Shown here: positions 29,405 through 39,946 of the stretch, piece by piece
Numbering within the stretch: the stretch's first letter is position 1
Layout of the letters: each line of letters opens with the position of its first letter
From: a bacterium
GTDB lineage: Bacteria > Hinthialibacterota > Hinthialibacteria > Hinthialibacterales > Hinthialibacteraceae
Direction: 5' to 3'
Length of the DNA: 64,000 nt
Assembly (NCBI GenBank): GCA_963662285.2
Contig: CAXXMV010000002.1
Coordinates: 704,001 to 768,000, forward strand
Notes under the pieces: generated by a model
Seen by the model: the letters and a program-made list of their open reading frames with translations, nothing else
Told to the model about the DNA's origin: nothing
Databases searched by the model: none
Translations under genes and position numbers: made by a program

Positions 29405-30568
29405 TTGAAGATCGCACTTGACGCAAGTTTCTTAGGCGCAACTGGAGGAATTGGAACATACACTTTTGAACTCGTCCGTTCCTTTGCTCAACTCTATAAT
29501 GACCAAGAGTTCCTCTTAATTAGTAATAAACTCCCCGAATCAATTCCCCAATACGCCAGGCAACAAGAGACCTATCAATCACGAATGCCGGAACTACCTC
29601 CCAAATGGAAACAGATACAAACGTACAAGCGCTTCAGGCAACAATGGTGGCTACTGACGCTGCCTAAAATTCTCCGCGAACACAATCCTGCGATTTTTCA
29701 TGCTATTGATGGCGTATCCATTCCTTCTTTCAAGAAAACACAACCTTTAATCGTAACGATTCATGATATTATTCCCATAACCAATCCCGAATTCTGTAGA
29801 TATAGAGATGTCATCGCGGCTCAACTGCTTATGAGGCACGCGATTAATAAGGCGGATATGATTATTGCTGTTTCACAATATTCAGCCGGGCAGATTCTAG
29901 CAAAATTCCCCCACGTTCAGTCCAGATTGACTACTATATATGAGGGAATAGATCACAATCGGTTCACTCCGGCACCGAATAGGCAAGAACTAGCCCAAAC
30001 ATTATCGAACCGATATGCTCTATTTTCTCCTCATTTTCTTTTATGCGTTGCAACATTGAATCCACGAAGAAACCTTGTACGGCTCATTCGATCTTTCTCG
30101 GAGTATATTCATTCTGTTAATGATTCCGATGCTTGCCTAGTCATCGCAGGATGCCGGGGATGGAAAGATAATGAGGTTTTCCAAACAATAAATCAAATGA
30201 ACCTGGAAACGAGAGTTCATTTTCTACAAGATGTTTCGGATAATGATATCGTCCAACTAAATCAGTCTGCTCTGGCCGCCATCAATGTATCTCTTCTAGA
30301 AGGATTTGGATTCCCCGTTCTTGAAGCCATGGCATGCGGAACTCCTGTCATCTGTTCTTCGACGACTTCATTGGGTGAAATCGCTGGTGATGCAGCGCTG
30401 TGCATCGACCCGACCAATCAAGCCTCGATTGTTGAAGCCATGTATAAGATAATCCAAGATCAGGGAATCCGGGAAAATTTATCAAAACAAGGATTAGAAA
30501 GATCAAAAGATTTTACTTGGGAGAACGCCGCGAAAGCAACATTCGAAGTTTACGAACAGTTCATATAA
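29405..30568 (+). CDS. Glycosyltransferase family 4
   Basis: GGIGTY, VTIHDI, EGFGFPVLEAMACGTPV, FTWE; TTG start. Confidence 0.92.
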   Translation: MKIALDASFLGATGGIGTYTFELVRSFAQLYNDQEFLLISNKLPESIPQYARQQETYQSRMPELPPKWKQIQTYKRFRQQWWLLTLPKILREHNPAIFHAIDGVSIPSFKKTQPLIVTIHDIIPITNPEFCRYRDVIAAQLLMRHAINKADMIIAVSQYSAGQILAKFPHVQSRLTTIYEGIDHNRFTPAPNRQELAQTLSNRYALFSPHFLLCVATLNPRRNLVRLIRSFSEYIHSVNDSDACLVIAGCRGWKDNEVFQTINQMNLETRVHFLQDVSDNDIVQLNQSALAAINVSLLEGFGFPVLEAMACGTPVICSSTTSLGEIAGDAALCIDPTNQASIVEAMYKIIQDQGIRENLSKQGLERSKDFTWENAAKATFEVYEQFI

Positions 30569-30739
30569 CTTAATTCGATAGTTGAATGAGGAAACAGTTC
30601 ACGCACTGAGATTCGAATCACATCACCTGCATATATGCAGATTCCGAACTCTTGAAACGGGGTAAGGCGGGTAAAGACATCTAATCCGGACATAAGATTT
30701 TGGTGACGCATAGTGAGGATAAATTCATTATCCATTATC

Positions 30740-30960
30740 GAGTTCTGGAGAAAAGAAAAGAGGATGTCGACTTATTATAACCTGAGTTTGAAAGTCATAA
30801 AAATTTATTTGGAGAATTGTCGTCAGTTTTAGCAGCGGATAAAGGATTTTATAAAGACTGCGACCAACTGGAACAATTAGGCGACAAAATCTCAACCGTA
30901 GCAATCGCCAAAAAAGGAATGAGAACAACGGCTGAAAAAAGAGAGAAAGCGCCAAGTGTA
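30740..30960 (+). mobile_element. DDE transposase fragment (ISNCY/IS5-like)
   Basis: DVDLL*PEFESHKNLFGELSSVLAADKGFY with an internal stop. Confidence 0.55.
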
Positions 30961-30984
30961 TACAGCGTTCTAAAAGTGAGCCAT

Positions 30985-32598
30985 TTAGCGTTTTATAGAA
31001 CCGATTATTTTATGCTGTTCAATAATTTTCTCTTCTTTCTCAAGAATCATATAATTTTGTTGTTTTATGAACTTTTCTTTATTTCGTAATTGATTATGAA
31101 TATTTTTTATATTTCTCTTAAGAATTTTGCTAGTATTCTTCAGCCGATTTACTTTTTCTTCATATTCTTTTATAACTAGGTTCTTTTTTTCTAATATATT
31201 ATAAATATTCATATACTTATTGGGTATTAGAGACCAAAAAAATCTTATTATTCTTGAACGTCGCCTTGTTCTTATCCTTTTGATGAAATTATTCAGTTTT
31301 ATTGTTTCCCATTCCTTTTCCTGAACCATAATATTTTGATATTTAATAAAATTCTCTTTTTCTCTAATCATTTTGTTTTGCGAATTAATAAAATTCTCTT
31401 TGTCTACAATCATTTTGTTTTGAGAATTAATAAATATTTCTTTTTCTTTCAATTGTTTTTTTAAGTAGCTGAGATTTTTTATATAGTGATCTCTGTTGTC
31501 AATCCATTCTGCAAGTGAAGATACTTTTTCGCCTTGTTTTAATAATTCATATGCGGAAGGGAAAAAAGTTTTATAAATTTCATCAAATATCTGTTTTGTT
31601 AACGAAATTTCGTTAACAAAACAATACTCAATAGATTTAAATTTTATTCGCAGATAACTACTATTTCCGATGTAATTTCCAACATTGTAATGAATACCAT
31701 TAATCATTGCTAAAAAGGCCATGTAAGACATTTTATCAATCAAATCATCTGGAATGTCCCCATTATAACAATCGTAATCATAAAAATTAGCTTCTATAGT
31801 AATATATTTAACATTGTTATTCTTACAAACATCGATAAACATTTCAATGTCATTCTTGGATTTATTTTCATCAAGAAAAATATATTTTACTATCACAGAT
31901 TCACTGCTGGATATTTTTATATATTGCGCAATGTTTTCCCAAACAATATCATATCTATCTTTTCCCTTTACTTTTATATAAGTCTCTCTGTTGCCAGCAT
32001 CAACACTACAAACAATCCGATTTATTATACCTTTTTTTAAGTAATCTTCAATAATTACCAGTCTTGTGGTGCAGTTAGTGAATATCTGAGTTTTAATATT
32101 ATACTGGGCTGATAATTTCAATATTTCAGTGAATTCTGGATATATTGTAGGTTCTCCACCTCCCCATATAACGATAGAACTTGGATCTAGTAGATTTTCA
32201 CTTATAATGGTATCAAAAGCATCTTTTAATATATACGGTTTCTCTGAAACGCCTATTGTATATATGGGATTAGAAGAATAGCAATAATTACATCTTAAAT
32301 TACATTCAATAAAATGGTTTATTGCAATCATGTTAAAAGGGAAAAATAGTTTATCCCACTTGCGCTTATTTAAATATTGACAACCAGTGCATGGTGTAAG
32401 TTCATCATTATTAAGTTTTTTTATTATTCCGTTCTTGGTTGATATTACATGTTCATAGGGAAAATCACCGCCATCATAGTCACATAAAAAAGGAGTTCCT
32501 TTATCCCCACTATGCGAAATACAACATACATTGATGCAATTTATTCCAAAAGAAAAACCGCCTTCCAGCCATGGACAACTTAGATAAATATCTTCCAT
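30985..32598 (-). CDS. Radical SAM protein with C-terminal coiled coil
   Basis: CNLRCNYC, WGGGEPT, SVDAG; extra N-terminal Cys (CPW, CC, CTGC); 14-aa repeats KENFINSQNKMIxx. Confidence 0.88.
   Translation of the reverse strand: MEDIYLSCPWLEGGFSFGINCINVCCISHSGDKGTPFLCDYDGGDFPYEHVISTKNGIIKKLNNDELTPCTGCQYLNKRKWDKLFFPFNMIAINHFIECNLRCNYCYSSNPIYTIGVSEKPYILKDAFDTIISENLLDPSSIVIWGGGEPTIYPEFTEILKLSAQYNIKTQIFTNCTTRLVIIEDYLKKGIINRIVCSVDAGNRETYIKVKGKDRYDIVWENIAQYIKISSSESVIVKYIFLDENKSKNDIEMFIDVCKNNNVKYITIEANFYDYDCYNGDIPDDLIDKMSYMAFLAMINGIHYNVGNYIGNSSYLRIKFKSIEYCFVNEISLTKQIFDEIYKTFFPSAYELLKQGEKVSSLAEWIDNRDHYIKNLSYLKKQLKEKEIFINSQNKMIVDKENFINSQNKMIREKENFIKYQNIMVQEKEWETIKLNNFIKRIRTRRRSRIIRFFWSLIPNKYMNIYNILEKKNLVIKEYEEKVNRLKNTSKILKRNIKNIHNQLRNKEKFIKQQNYMILEKEEKIIEQHKIIGSIKR
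31315..31445 (-). repeat. 42-bp tandem repeat encoding the coiled coil
   Basis: ttaataaaattctcttt...tcattttgttttg.gaa repeated at 31343 and 31385, with partial flanking copies. Confidence 0.85.
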
Positions 32599-32703
32599 AG
32601 TGACTAAGAACCTATTTTAATTAATAGAATTGTTAAGACAGTGTTATTAATAAGTATATCATTTTCAATTCGGAAGTTCAATGAATTAACCATGAGATCA
32701 TAA

Positions 32704-33296
32704 TAAAGTGGCCTCCATTGTCAAGACAGAAAAATGAAAAAATAAGGTAGAAACCGATTTTGTTTTGCGATCGGATTTCCCAGGCTCGGGCCGGAGGGAA
32801 ATGGGGCAACGCAAGGAGGCCGTAGGCCGACTGGAGTTGCCCTATTTCCCTTGAGTCCGTTTCTGGAGATGCATGCTTTTTTCTCTTTTCTTTTTTAGTG
32901 AATTCTTGAACGCTTCCCGCGATACCATTCCAACGGCGTCCTATATTTTAACGACTGATGAAGCCGTTCTTGATTATAGAATTCCAAATACGCCGCCAAC
33001 CTACTCCGGCATTCTTGCACGCTCTCGTAATCTTTCAAATACACCTCTTCGTATTTGACGCTACGCCACAAGCGCTCGATCATGATGTTGTCGAATACCC
33101 GACCTCTACCGTCCATGCTGATTCGAACGTTCTCTTTTTCCAACCGCCCGGTGAATTCCAGGCTCGTGTACTGCACGCCCTGGTCGCTGTTGAAAATTTC
33201 CGGGCGGCCTCGTTGAAGAGCCTCCTCCAAGGCCTCCAGGCATAATCCGACCTCCAAACTGGTGGACCTCCTGTCTAGTTTTTGGGGTCCATTATA
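32704..33296 (-). mobile_element. Internally deleted IS3-family element
   Basis: Imperfect IRs tataatggaccccaaaaactagacag / taaagtggcctccattgtcaagacag enclosing only the orfB 3' end (NSDQGVQYTS, DNIMIERLWRSVKYE, YNQERLHQSL). Confidence 0.85.
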
Positions 33297-33308
33297 GGTG
33301 ATATACAT

Positions 33309-35155
33309 CGGATCTTCCATAATAAAAGAATATAGAATTGGCATTTATGTATTTGAATAGCAAGAACTTACTTGCGAGGCGTCAATTTTTTTCTAGTGGC
33401 TACTTTGATCCCTTTAGATGGAACTGCTCTAGGAAGCGTAATACCCAAGGCCTGGATCAGATCTTGCCCCATCGGTCTGGGGTAAGGAACCGTTTGATAT
33501 TCGACTTCTCCCACTTTTACTTCAGTAGCGCAAATCGATGCTAACTCATTGACGCCCTCTTCAACTGTGATGTCCAACGATGCCCATCTTTCCTTCAAAT
33601 AACGAATAATCTTATAGGCCAGCATCACCGAGAAGACATGTCCACGGGTTCGTTTTTCTTTGCGAACATAATGCGGTCGTGTTTCCAAATAGGCGGTCTT
33701 CATTGTGCGAAATGCCATTTCCACTTGCGCCAAGTCTTTGTATCGATCATGAATCTCTTGAGCGGAAATCCCTTCCTTAGGCATATCCGTTTTGATAACA
33801 TAGCAGCCATCCAAGAGAGCAATTTCCTGCAAAACATCTTGATCAATCCTTAAAACCAGAACTCGATCTTTTGCTTCAACCAACAACCACTTACTCAGTT
33901 TTAATTGTTCAATCTTGTCGTTGACTTTCTTCAAAGCTGTCGAAATCCTGGCGCGGGGATGGTTTTGCAAGTAGGCATTTTGCTTAACAAGAACCTGTTG
34001 AATACAATTTTGTTTATCGCTCCGATTGCGTGCGATTTCATTCATCCGAATTGGATTGCGTCGTAGCACATATCGGATACTATCCACTTGCACCTCACAT
34101 ACATCTTCATCAAACAATTCCATCTGCAATATATCCTGATGTAATAACGTTTGAATTTGAGGTTTGGTCAAAGCTGTTAAATAGTGAAAACGTTCGGGGA
34201 GATTATCAATTTGGGCGCTCTTGATCATCCCTCGATCACCAACCATCGTAACCGTCTCTACCCCCAAGCGATCTTTCACTTTTTGCACCTGGTCTAAAAA
34301 GGTCTTGCTATCCGATGTGTTTCCTTTATAAACCTGAACTGAAACCGGATCCCCTTCTTCATCGGTCAATAAACCAATGACTATTTGCTTTTTGCCTTTT
34401 TTCCCATCCCGGTTATACCCATAATCAGCCAGTTCATTGCATTGGCCTTCCAAATAACTGCTGGTGACATCGTAGAGAAACATCTGAGGGGGTCGCGTTC
34501 TCTTTTTTTGATGGTACAAGCGATCCTCAATGGCCTGTTGAGTATCGGACAGCCAAGTGAGGGTATCGTACAAATCATCTTCGTTGAACGAGTCGAGGCC
34601 AAGTAGATCGCAAGCCGCATGTTGGGTTGCTAAACGCACGGCGGAGAGGCGCGAGCCTTGATCGATAATACGCGCCATAATCAACCAGAGAGCCAGAAGA
34701 GCTTGTCGACTGCGTCCCAAGGCTTGTTTTATTCCTAACCGCTTGGCCACTTCCTGGAGAGTGTGAACCGCGCCGACGGAAAGGCCTTGCTCAGTTTTAA
34801 CGGTAGTAGATAAATGATGCTGCAAGGAAGTGAGATCATTTTTATGTTTGAGCGCCAAGCGAATGGCTTCGATTTCTTGTGGAGAACATTGGGAGAGGTT
34901 GGCAATCGTTTTATGTTTTACACGACCATTCTGGCGATAGGAGGTTCGCAAGAGGGCCCGAGTCCGAGTTTTTCCTTTTTGTTTATAGTGGCAGATGTCT
35001 ACGTACATTCTAGCTACTATTATACCAGATATAATTCAATATTACAAGTATTATTTTAATTATTTATAATATATTAGTGGCTACAAATTATACGAAAAAA
35101 AACGCTATTACCTTGATATATCTTTACTTAATGCGATTTGTATACGGAAAATCCG
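33309..35155 (-). mobile_element. IS1634-family insertion sequence
   Basis: IRs cggatcttccataataaaa / cggattttccgtatacaaa; TACA flanks both ends (33304-33307, 35157-35160). Confidence 0.85.
33368..35008 (-). CDS. IS1634 transposase
   Basis: LYDVTSSYLEG, GYNRDGKKGKKQIV, VGDRGMI, VEMAFRTMK. Confidence 0.93.
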   Translation of the reverse strand: MYVDICHYKQKGKTRTRALLRTSYRQNGRVKHKTIANLSQCSPQEIEAIRLALKHKNDLTSLQHHLSTTVKTEQGLSVGAVHTLQEVAKRLGIKQALGRSRQALLALWLIMARIIDQGSRLSAVRLATQHAACDLLGLDSFNEDDLYDTLTWLSDTQQAIEDRLYHQKKRTRPPQMFLYDVTSSYLEGQCNELADYGYNRDGKKGKKQIVIGLLTDEEGDPVSVQVYKGNTSDSKTFLDQVQKVKDRLGVETVTMVGDRGMIKSAQIDNLPERFHYLTALTKPQIQTLLHQDILQMELFDEDVCEVQVDSIRYVLRRNPIRMNEIARNRSDKQNCIQQVLVKQNAYLQNHPRARISTALKKVNDKIEQLKLSKWLLVEAKDRVLVLRIDQDVLQEIALLDGCYVIKTDMPKEGISAQEIHDRYKDLAQVEMAFRTMKTAYLETRPHYVRKEKRTRGHVFSVMLAYKIIRYLKERWASLDITVEEGVNELASICATEVKVGEVEYQTVPYPRPMGQDLIQALGITLPRAVPSKGIKVATRKKLTPRK

Positions 35156-35274
35156 CTACAAGAGTAATTGCATGCACACAACAAAACTTTTGTACTTGAG
35201 AATGGGAAAAGATGAATAAAGCCGACTCTTTGACTCCGATATTTCCTTAATTTGGTTTGCCCTTTGGTGTGGTC

Positions 35275-37092
35275 CTAAGGCAATTGGACAACCGAAATCT
35301 CATCCATAACTAATAAAAGTTCGCGTCGATCATCACTCAAAGCTAAATCATAAGGACAATAAACTTTATCCGAATTCAAGAATAATACTCTTGAAGATTG
35401 AGAAGCCAACAAAGATTCGCTCATAGATATCTCTAATAAAAATTCTTTATTATCTTTCACGATTCCAGCATCAAGAATCTTTTCTCCTTTTTCATTTTCA
35501 AAGTAAATATGGGCAGGATACCAACTTTCTTTCGGAAGCAAGACTTTTCCTTTTATTCGCAGTTTCCAGATATCCCCAGATCCTAGGAACGAGACAGGAA
35601 AACGTTTAGTAATCCAGCCATCAATATCTGGAAATGAATGTTCTATTCGATTGACTTTATCATCGCGTTGCAAAACCAAAGTAGAATCCTTATAACCAGA
35701 TATTTCTTCGAGACTTCCCAATTGCAATAGCAATTGCCGAGTATCATTACTGATTCCATAATCCTCAGGACAAACAACTCGATCAGAGTTTAAAAAAAGT
35801 TCTCTCGTAGCGGAACCAATAGAAAACATAGGCTCTGTTACATCAAATATTATTTCAAAAAGTTTCTCATTTGACACGGTACCAATATCAATGATTTTAT
35901 GTTTTTCTGCATTTTCAAGAAATAGATGAGCCGGATACATATCCGGTTTTGGTAAAAGAACTTTTCCTGTTAAACGTAGTTTCCATTCATTAACATCACT
36001 AGCAAAGGATATTGGGAATCTGGATTGAATCCATTCATCATCTGATGGTATGGAAAACCGTATTTTGTTATTATTTTTATTTGATACAGCTACACTAAAT
36101 ACTGATTTATAATCAAATGCATTTCTGACTTCGGATAATCCCTCTAACACCATCAATAATTTTCTATCATCATTGCTGATATCATAATCAAATGGACAAT
36201 AAATTCGATCGGAATTCAAATATAACGTATTGGAAACAGGCGCTATATGAAAAGAGGAAACAGGAATAGTAAATATTCTTTCAAAGGGATTTCCGTCAAT
36301 AATAGTTCCAACATCGATAATTTTCTGTCCATTTGCATTTTCGATAAACAAATTTACAGGATATAATTCGGGCTTAGGTAAAAGAATTTTTCCTCTTAGA
36401 GATAAAACAGTATCATTTTTTGTATTTGTGAAAGTTATAGGAAATTTTGAAGCAACCCATCCATCGCTCATAGGTTTAGGATATGTGATAGGAACTATCC
36501 CATCGTTTTTCTGTCCCAATATTGTTTTTTGATAGAATTCCTTTTCAAAAAAACCAATCGTGAGAAAATTTCCTCGGAGAATATGCTTGGTAGAGAACAC
36601 GACTCCGATTAGATTCTGATTAAAAAAGTGCTTATTTGCTTCTTTTATTTCAGCCTTTTGGGAAATTTCCAGGAAATCTTTTTTTACTCCCTGCATATCT
36701 AATTTAAAATAATATGAAAAAAAATCAATAAACTGATTTCCTTCATAGAGTTTTTCCAGATCAATTGGATATTTTAAATCAAGAGTTATGCCAGATGAAG
36801 CATTTTTCTTTTTTTCGGTCTCGTTGGATGCAATACATGATAATCGGGTACTATAATCAAATTTCTGATCCAACCAAGTTTGGCTTGATAGATTCCATGT
36901 TGCATCATAAGATTCCTGATAATACAATAAATTATTAAAACAAGATAAGGCAATCAATTTCGAATTATCTGGGAATTGCATGGACGATAATTCTTGATTG
37001 ATATTTCCGTTATTACAACTTTGTAAAAACAAGACAATTATTATAGAAAATATAATCTTACGTAAATACTTTCTCATCTTTAAAATCTCCAT
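35275..37092 (-). CDS. Lipoprotein with three C-terminal beta-sandwich-like repeats
   Basis: Lipobox LQSC; three units D[GE]W...FP...GK[IV]LLPK...LNSD[RK]..CP.D...D.R.L. Confidence 0.85.
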   Translation of the reverse strand: MEILKMRKYLRKIIFSIIIVLFLQSCNNGNINQELSSMQFPDNSKLIALSCFNNLLYYQESYDATWNLSSQTWLDQKFDYSTRLSCIASNETEKKKNASSGITLDLKYPIDLEKLYEGNQFIDFFSYYFKLDMQGVKKDFLEISQKAEIKEANKHFFNQNLIGVVFSTKHILRGNFLTIGFFEKEFYQKTILGQKNDGIVPITYPKPMSDGWVASKFPITFTNTKNDTVLSLRGKILLPKPELYPVNLFIENANGQKIIDVGTIIDGNPFERIFTIPVSSFHIAPVSNTLYLNSDRIYCPFDYDISNDDRKLLMVLEGLSEVRNAFDYKSVFSVAVSNKNNNKIRFSIPSDDEWIQSRFPISFASDVNEWKLRLTGKVLLPKPDMYPAHLFLENAEKHKIIDIGTVSNEKLFEIIFDVTEPMFSIGSATRELFLNSDRVVCPEDYGISNDTRQLLLQLGSLEEISGYKDSTLVLQRDDKVNRIEHSFPDIDGWITKRFPVSFLGSGDIWKLRIKGKVLLPKESWYPAHIYFENEKGEKILDAGIVKDNKEFLLEISMSESLLASQSSRVLFLNSDKVYCPYDLALSDDRRELLLVMDEISVVQLP

Positions 37093-37530
37093 AGGTTATA
37101 AAACAAGTCTGGTTTATTGTACATCTGGATAGAACATCTTGACTGTATCAAGTGATTATTTTTCAAGATATTTACCGATCAAATCAAGTTTTCTTAAACA
37201 TCTTTGCTCGCTGATATGATATGACATCCGATCTCATCAGCCTTAAATATATTTAACAATTCTCGCGTATTAGCCCATAACATAAATAATTTTCCACTGA
37301 TTGGACAGTTGTGCCACAAATTGATAGATTGATCCACGTAATTTTTATAGTTTCTAAGAAAGTTATTGATAATGACTCTCTTCTTTCATCTCTTCCCTTA
37401 AAACATTAGAACCCTGAGAGGTTCACTGGAAGGATATATTTTCATTATACGGGAAATGTCAAAATCTGTGAGTCGCTCAGCAGATCTGGGGGTTTACTTA
37501 TTTCAATTAAAGGCGACAGACGAACAAATA

Positions 37531-38562
37531 TTACAAATCCAACTGATTCGAGTATGCATTCGGGGTTTTTTCTAATATAGTAACAGAATTTTTTATCGAA
37601 GAAATATTTATGCCATAAAGCATCAATGATATAGATCCCAATAAAGCAATAAGAACCATAGACAAAAACTGAGAAATTACAGAATACGTTAATGCATTAG
37701 TTTCAGATATACCAAAAATCGATAAAGCAAGAACACAAGCGACTTGATAGGTTCCGATATATCCCGGTGTTGAAGGGATTATCATAGACATATTTATGAA
37801 AATACTGATTGTGATTGCAGTAAAATACGAAGCAGACATGTTTATTGATTGCAATAGAAAATAATGGGTCAAAAAATCAACCAGGAAAGTCACTAAAGTT
37901 AAAATAACAATAAAAAAAATTTTTGTTTTACTTTTCAGAAATCGAACACTTAATTGAATTTGATCAATCAAATTCACAAAAAAAGTTGTTTTAAATTTAC
38001 AATATATCAAAATTTTATTAATTACACTGAATATGTAATCACTATTAAATATGGATAAAAACAAAACCAGTGTTGACGCAATTATCAAAGCTGTTGATAT
38101 CCAAAAATTATCTACAATTCCTACTGGATATATATAAAATAATAATAATAAACAGAAGAGCGACATGGTTGAAATATCAGCAACACGGTCTATAACCGTA
38201 AGTATTGTAATTTGAATAAATGGAATTCGACATTTTTTATTTATAATGTAGATTCGAAATAATTCACCGATATTCCCAAAAAGAAAGAAATTTCCGAAAT
38301 ATCCTATCTGCAACGCTCTCCAAAAATGAGTGAAAGAGTCGAGCGAACCTTCAGACAGATAAGCCCAGCGACATGCTCTTAAAACTCCAGAAAGTAAACC
38401 TGTAAAGATCGCTGCAAAAATCCACAATAACTTTATATTTGAAGAAATCAGATAAAATTGCTTCCAATCCAAACGGTAAAGAAAGAAAGTAATTAATGAG
38501 ATACTTATCGTAAAACCAAATAAAATTGATTTCCAATTATTTTTAAATACTTCTGCATTCAT
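37531..38562 (-). CDS. LPG-synthase TM / UPF0104 flippase-like membrane protein
   Basis: RACRW, GNIGELFRI, IDRVAD, IPSTPGYIGTY; multi-TM. Confidence 0.88.
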   Translation of the reverse strand: MNAEVFKNNWKSILFGFTISISLITFFLYRLDWKQFYLISSNIKLLWIFAAIFTGLLSGVLRACRWAYLSEGSLDSFTHFWRALQIGYFGNFFLFGNIGELFRIYIINKKCRIPFIQITILTVIDRVADISTMSLFCLLLLFYIYPVGIVDNFWISTALIIASTLVLFLSIFNSDYIFSVINKILIYCKFKTTFFVNLIDQIQLSVRFLKSKTKIFFIVILTLVTFLVDFLTHYFLLQSINMSASYFTAITISIFINMSMIIPSTPGYIGTYQVACVLALSIFGISETNALTYSVISQFLSMVLIALLGSISLMLYGINISSIKNSVTILEKTPNAYSNQLDL

Positions 38563-39172
38563 TTTATTTAATTACTTTCTGAATTTTTCTCCTTAAGTAT
38601 ATAAAAATAATCTATTCTTCATATCAATCATCTTTATTTTGATTGGATATTCCCGAAAGAATCAATAACACTTAAGAACGGGATTGCATCTTTATTAAAT
38701 TTTTCAAATAGCCTTTCTTACTTAGTTTGAAAAAGTTAATAAATCACTTTTGAATGCTTATATCATATCATTTGTCATTGCAAGTCTGGATAAAATTTTA
38801 AGGATCCTTTATTTCATTCGGGCGTAACTCGCATTCCGCGTTAAGTGGCGATGTTCCAGATTTGTTGTACCATATCTCAGTACAGATATTTTAATGTAAG
38901 TACATTTTACTTGATGAGATATTTCTAAAATCATCCCAATCTTCATTGAGAAAAGCCACTCGCATGGTCAAACATGGATTGCGTCCCATCCGCTATACGC
39001 AACACCCCAGTTACTTCCATAAGGTCTTTGACTAAATGACTATAAGTTCCTTGACAGTTCTTCTTCCAATTTGATACCCAGATTCCAAATTAGCCTAAAT
39101 GACATATAGTCTGTGCATAACAAAGCCAAGTCCACTCATTACACTACTGCAGAAATAAGAATATGCACAATA

Positions 39173-39943
39173 TTATCTCCGATGTTTCTTTATTATATAT
39201 CCAGCTGGTGCATTTGTCCATGGCAGAGTTTTAATCATAATTTTCTTATCGGAAAAAAATTCATCAACAGCTTTTGTTTCTCCTGGCCACTCGTTAATAG
39301 AATATTCGTCGAATAATACAATTCCTCCAACGCTTAAACGTGGCCATAATTGCTCAAGAGAAACTTTAGTAGGGGCATATAAATCACAATCAAAATGAAT
39401 CAAACTAAAACGCAATCCAGGATTTTGTTTTATAAAGGAGGGAATAGTTTCCTCAATATTGCCTTTTACTAATTTAATTCTAGGCTTATTGGGAATGAAA
39501 CGATCCTTATCGAAAATCGATATTGCATTATTTAATTCCTCATAATAAGATTCGGGTGAAAAACCACCAGTAAATTTTTGAACATTTGAATCCTCTTTCC
39601 CATCCTCTTCCGCCAAACTATGGAATCCTTCCCAATTATCAAAACCATATACAACTTTAGTACGGTCTCCAATGCAATACGATTCCAGGAAATTCGCCCA
39701 CGTTAATAAACCCAAACCTCGAAAAACACCAAGTTCTACAATATCCCCGGGAATCTCTAATGTTTTTAGAAATAATTCATGGTGCGCCAAAAAACGTTTG
39801 AGCCATTGTCTTCTTGCTAAGACCGGGAATAATTTCAATGTATCCAAAGGTGATATTTTGAAACTATTAAAATGTTCTTCTAAAAGATCTTCTATTAAAT
39901 TATCTTTATCAGTCTTCTTGAATCCATCGAATTCCTTAGTCAT
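39173..39943 (-). CDS. TylF/MycF/NovP-family O-methyltransferase
   Basis: PGDIVELGVFRG, YGFDNWEGF, HFDCDLYAPT, FDEY...WPGET. Confidence 0.9.
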   Translation of the reverse strand: MTKEFDGFKKTDKDNLIEDLLEEHFNSFKISPLDTLKLFPVLARRQWLKRFLAHHELFLKTLEIPGDIVELGVFRGLGLLTWANFLESYCIGDRTKVVYGFDNWEGFHSLAEEDGKEDSNVQKFTGGFSPESYYEELNNAISIFDKDRFIPNKPRIKLVKGNIEETIPSFIKQNPGLRFSLIHFDCDLYAPTKVSLEQLWPRLSVGGIVLFDEYSINEWPGETKAVDEFFSDKKIMIKTLPWTNAPAGYIIKKHRR

Positions 39944-39946
39944 ATC

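Noticed and set aside
38780-39170. Possible transposase remnant between the flippase-like gene and TylF
   Set aside because: Too degraded to assign ends or family by eye
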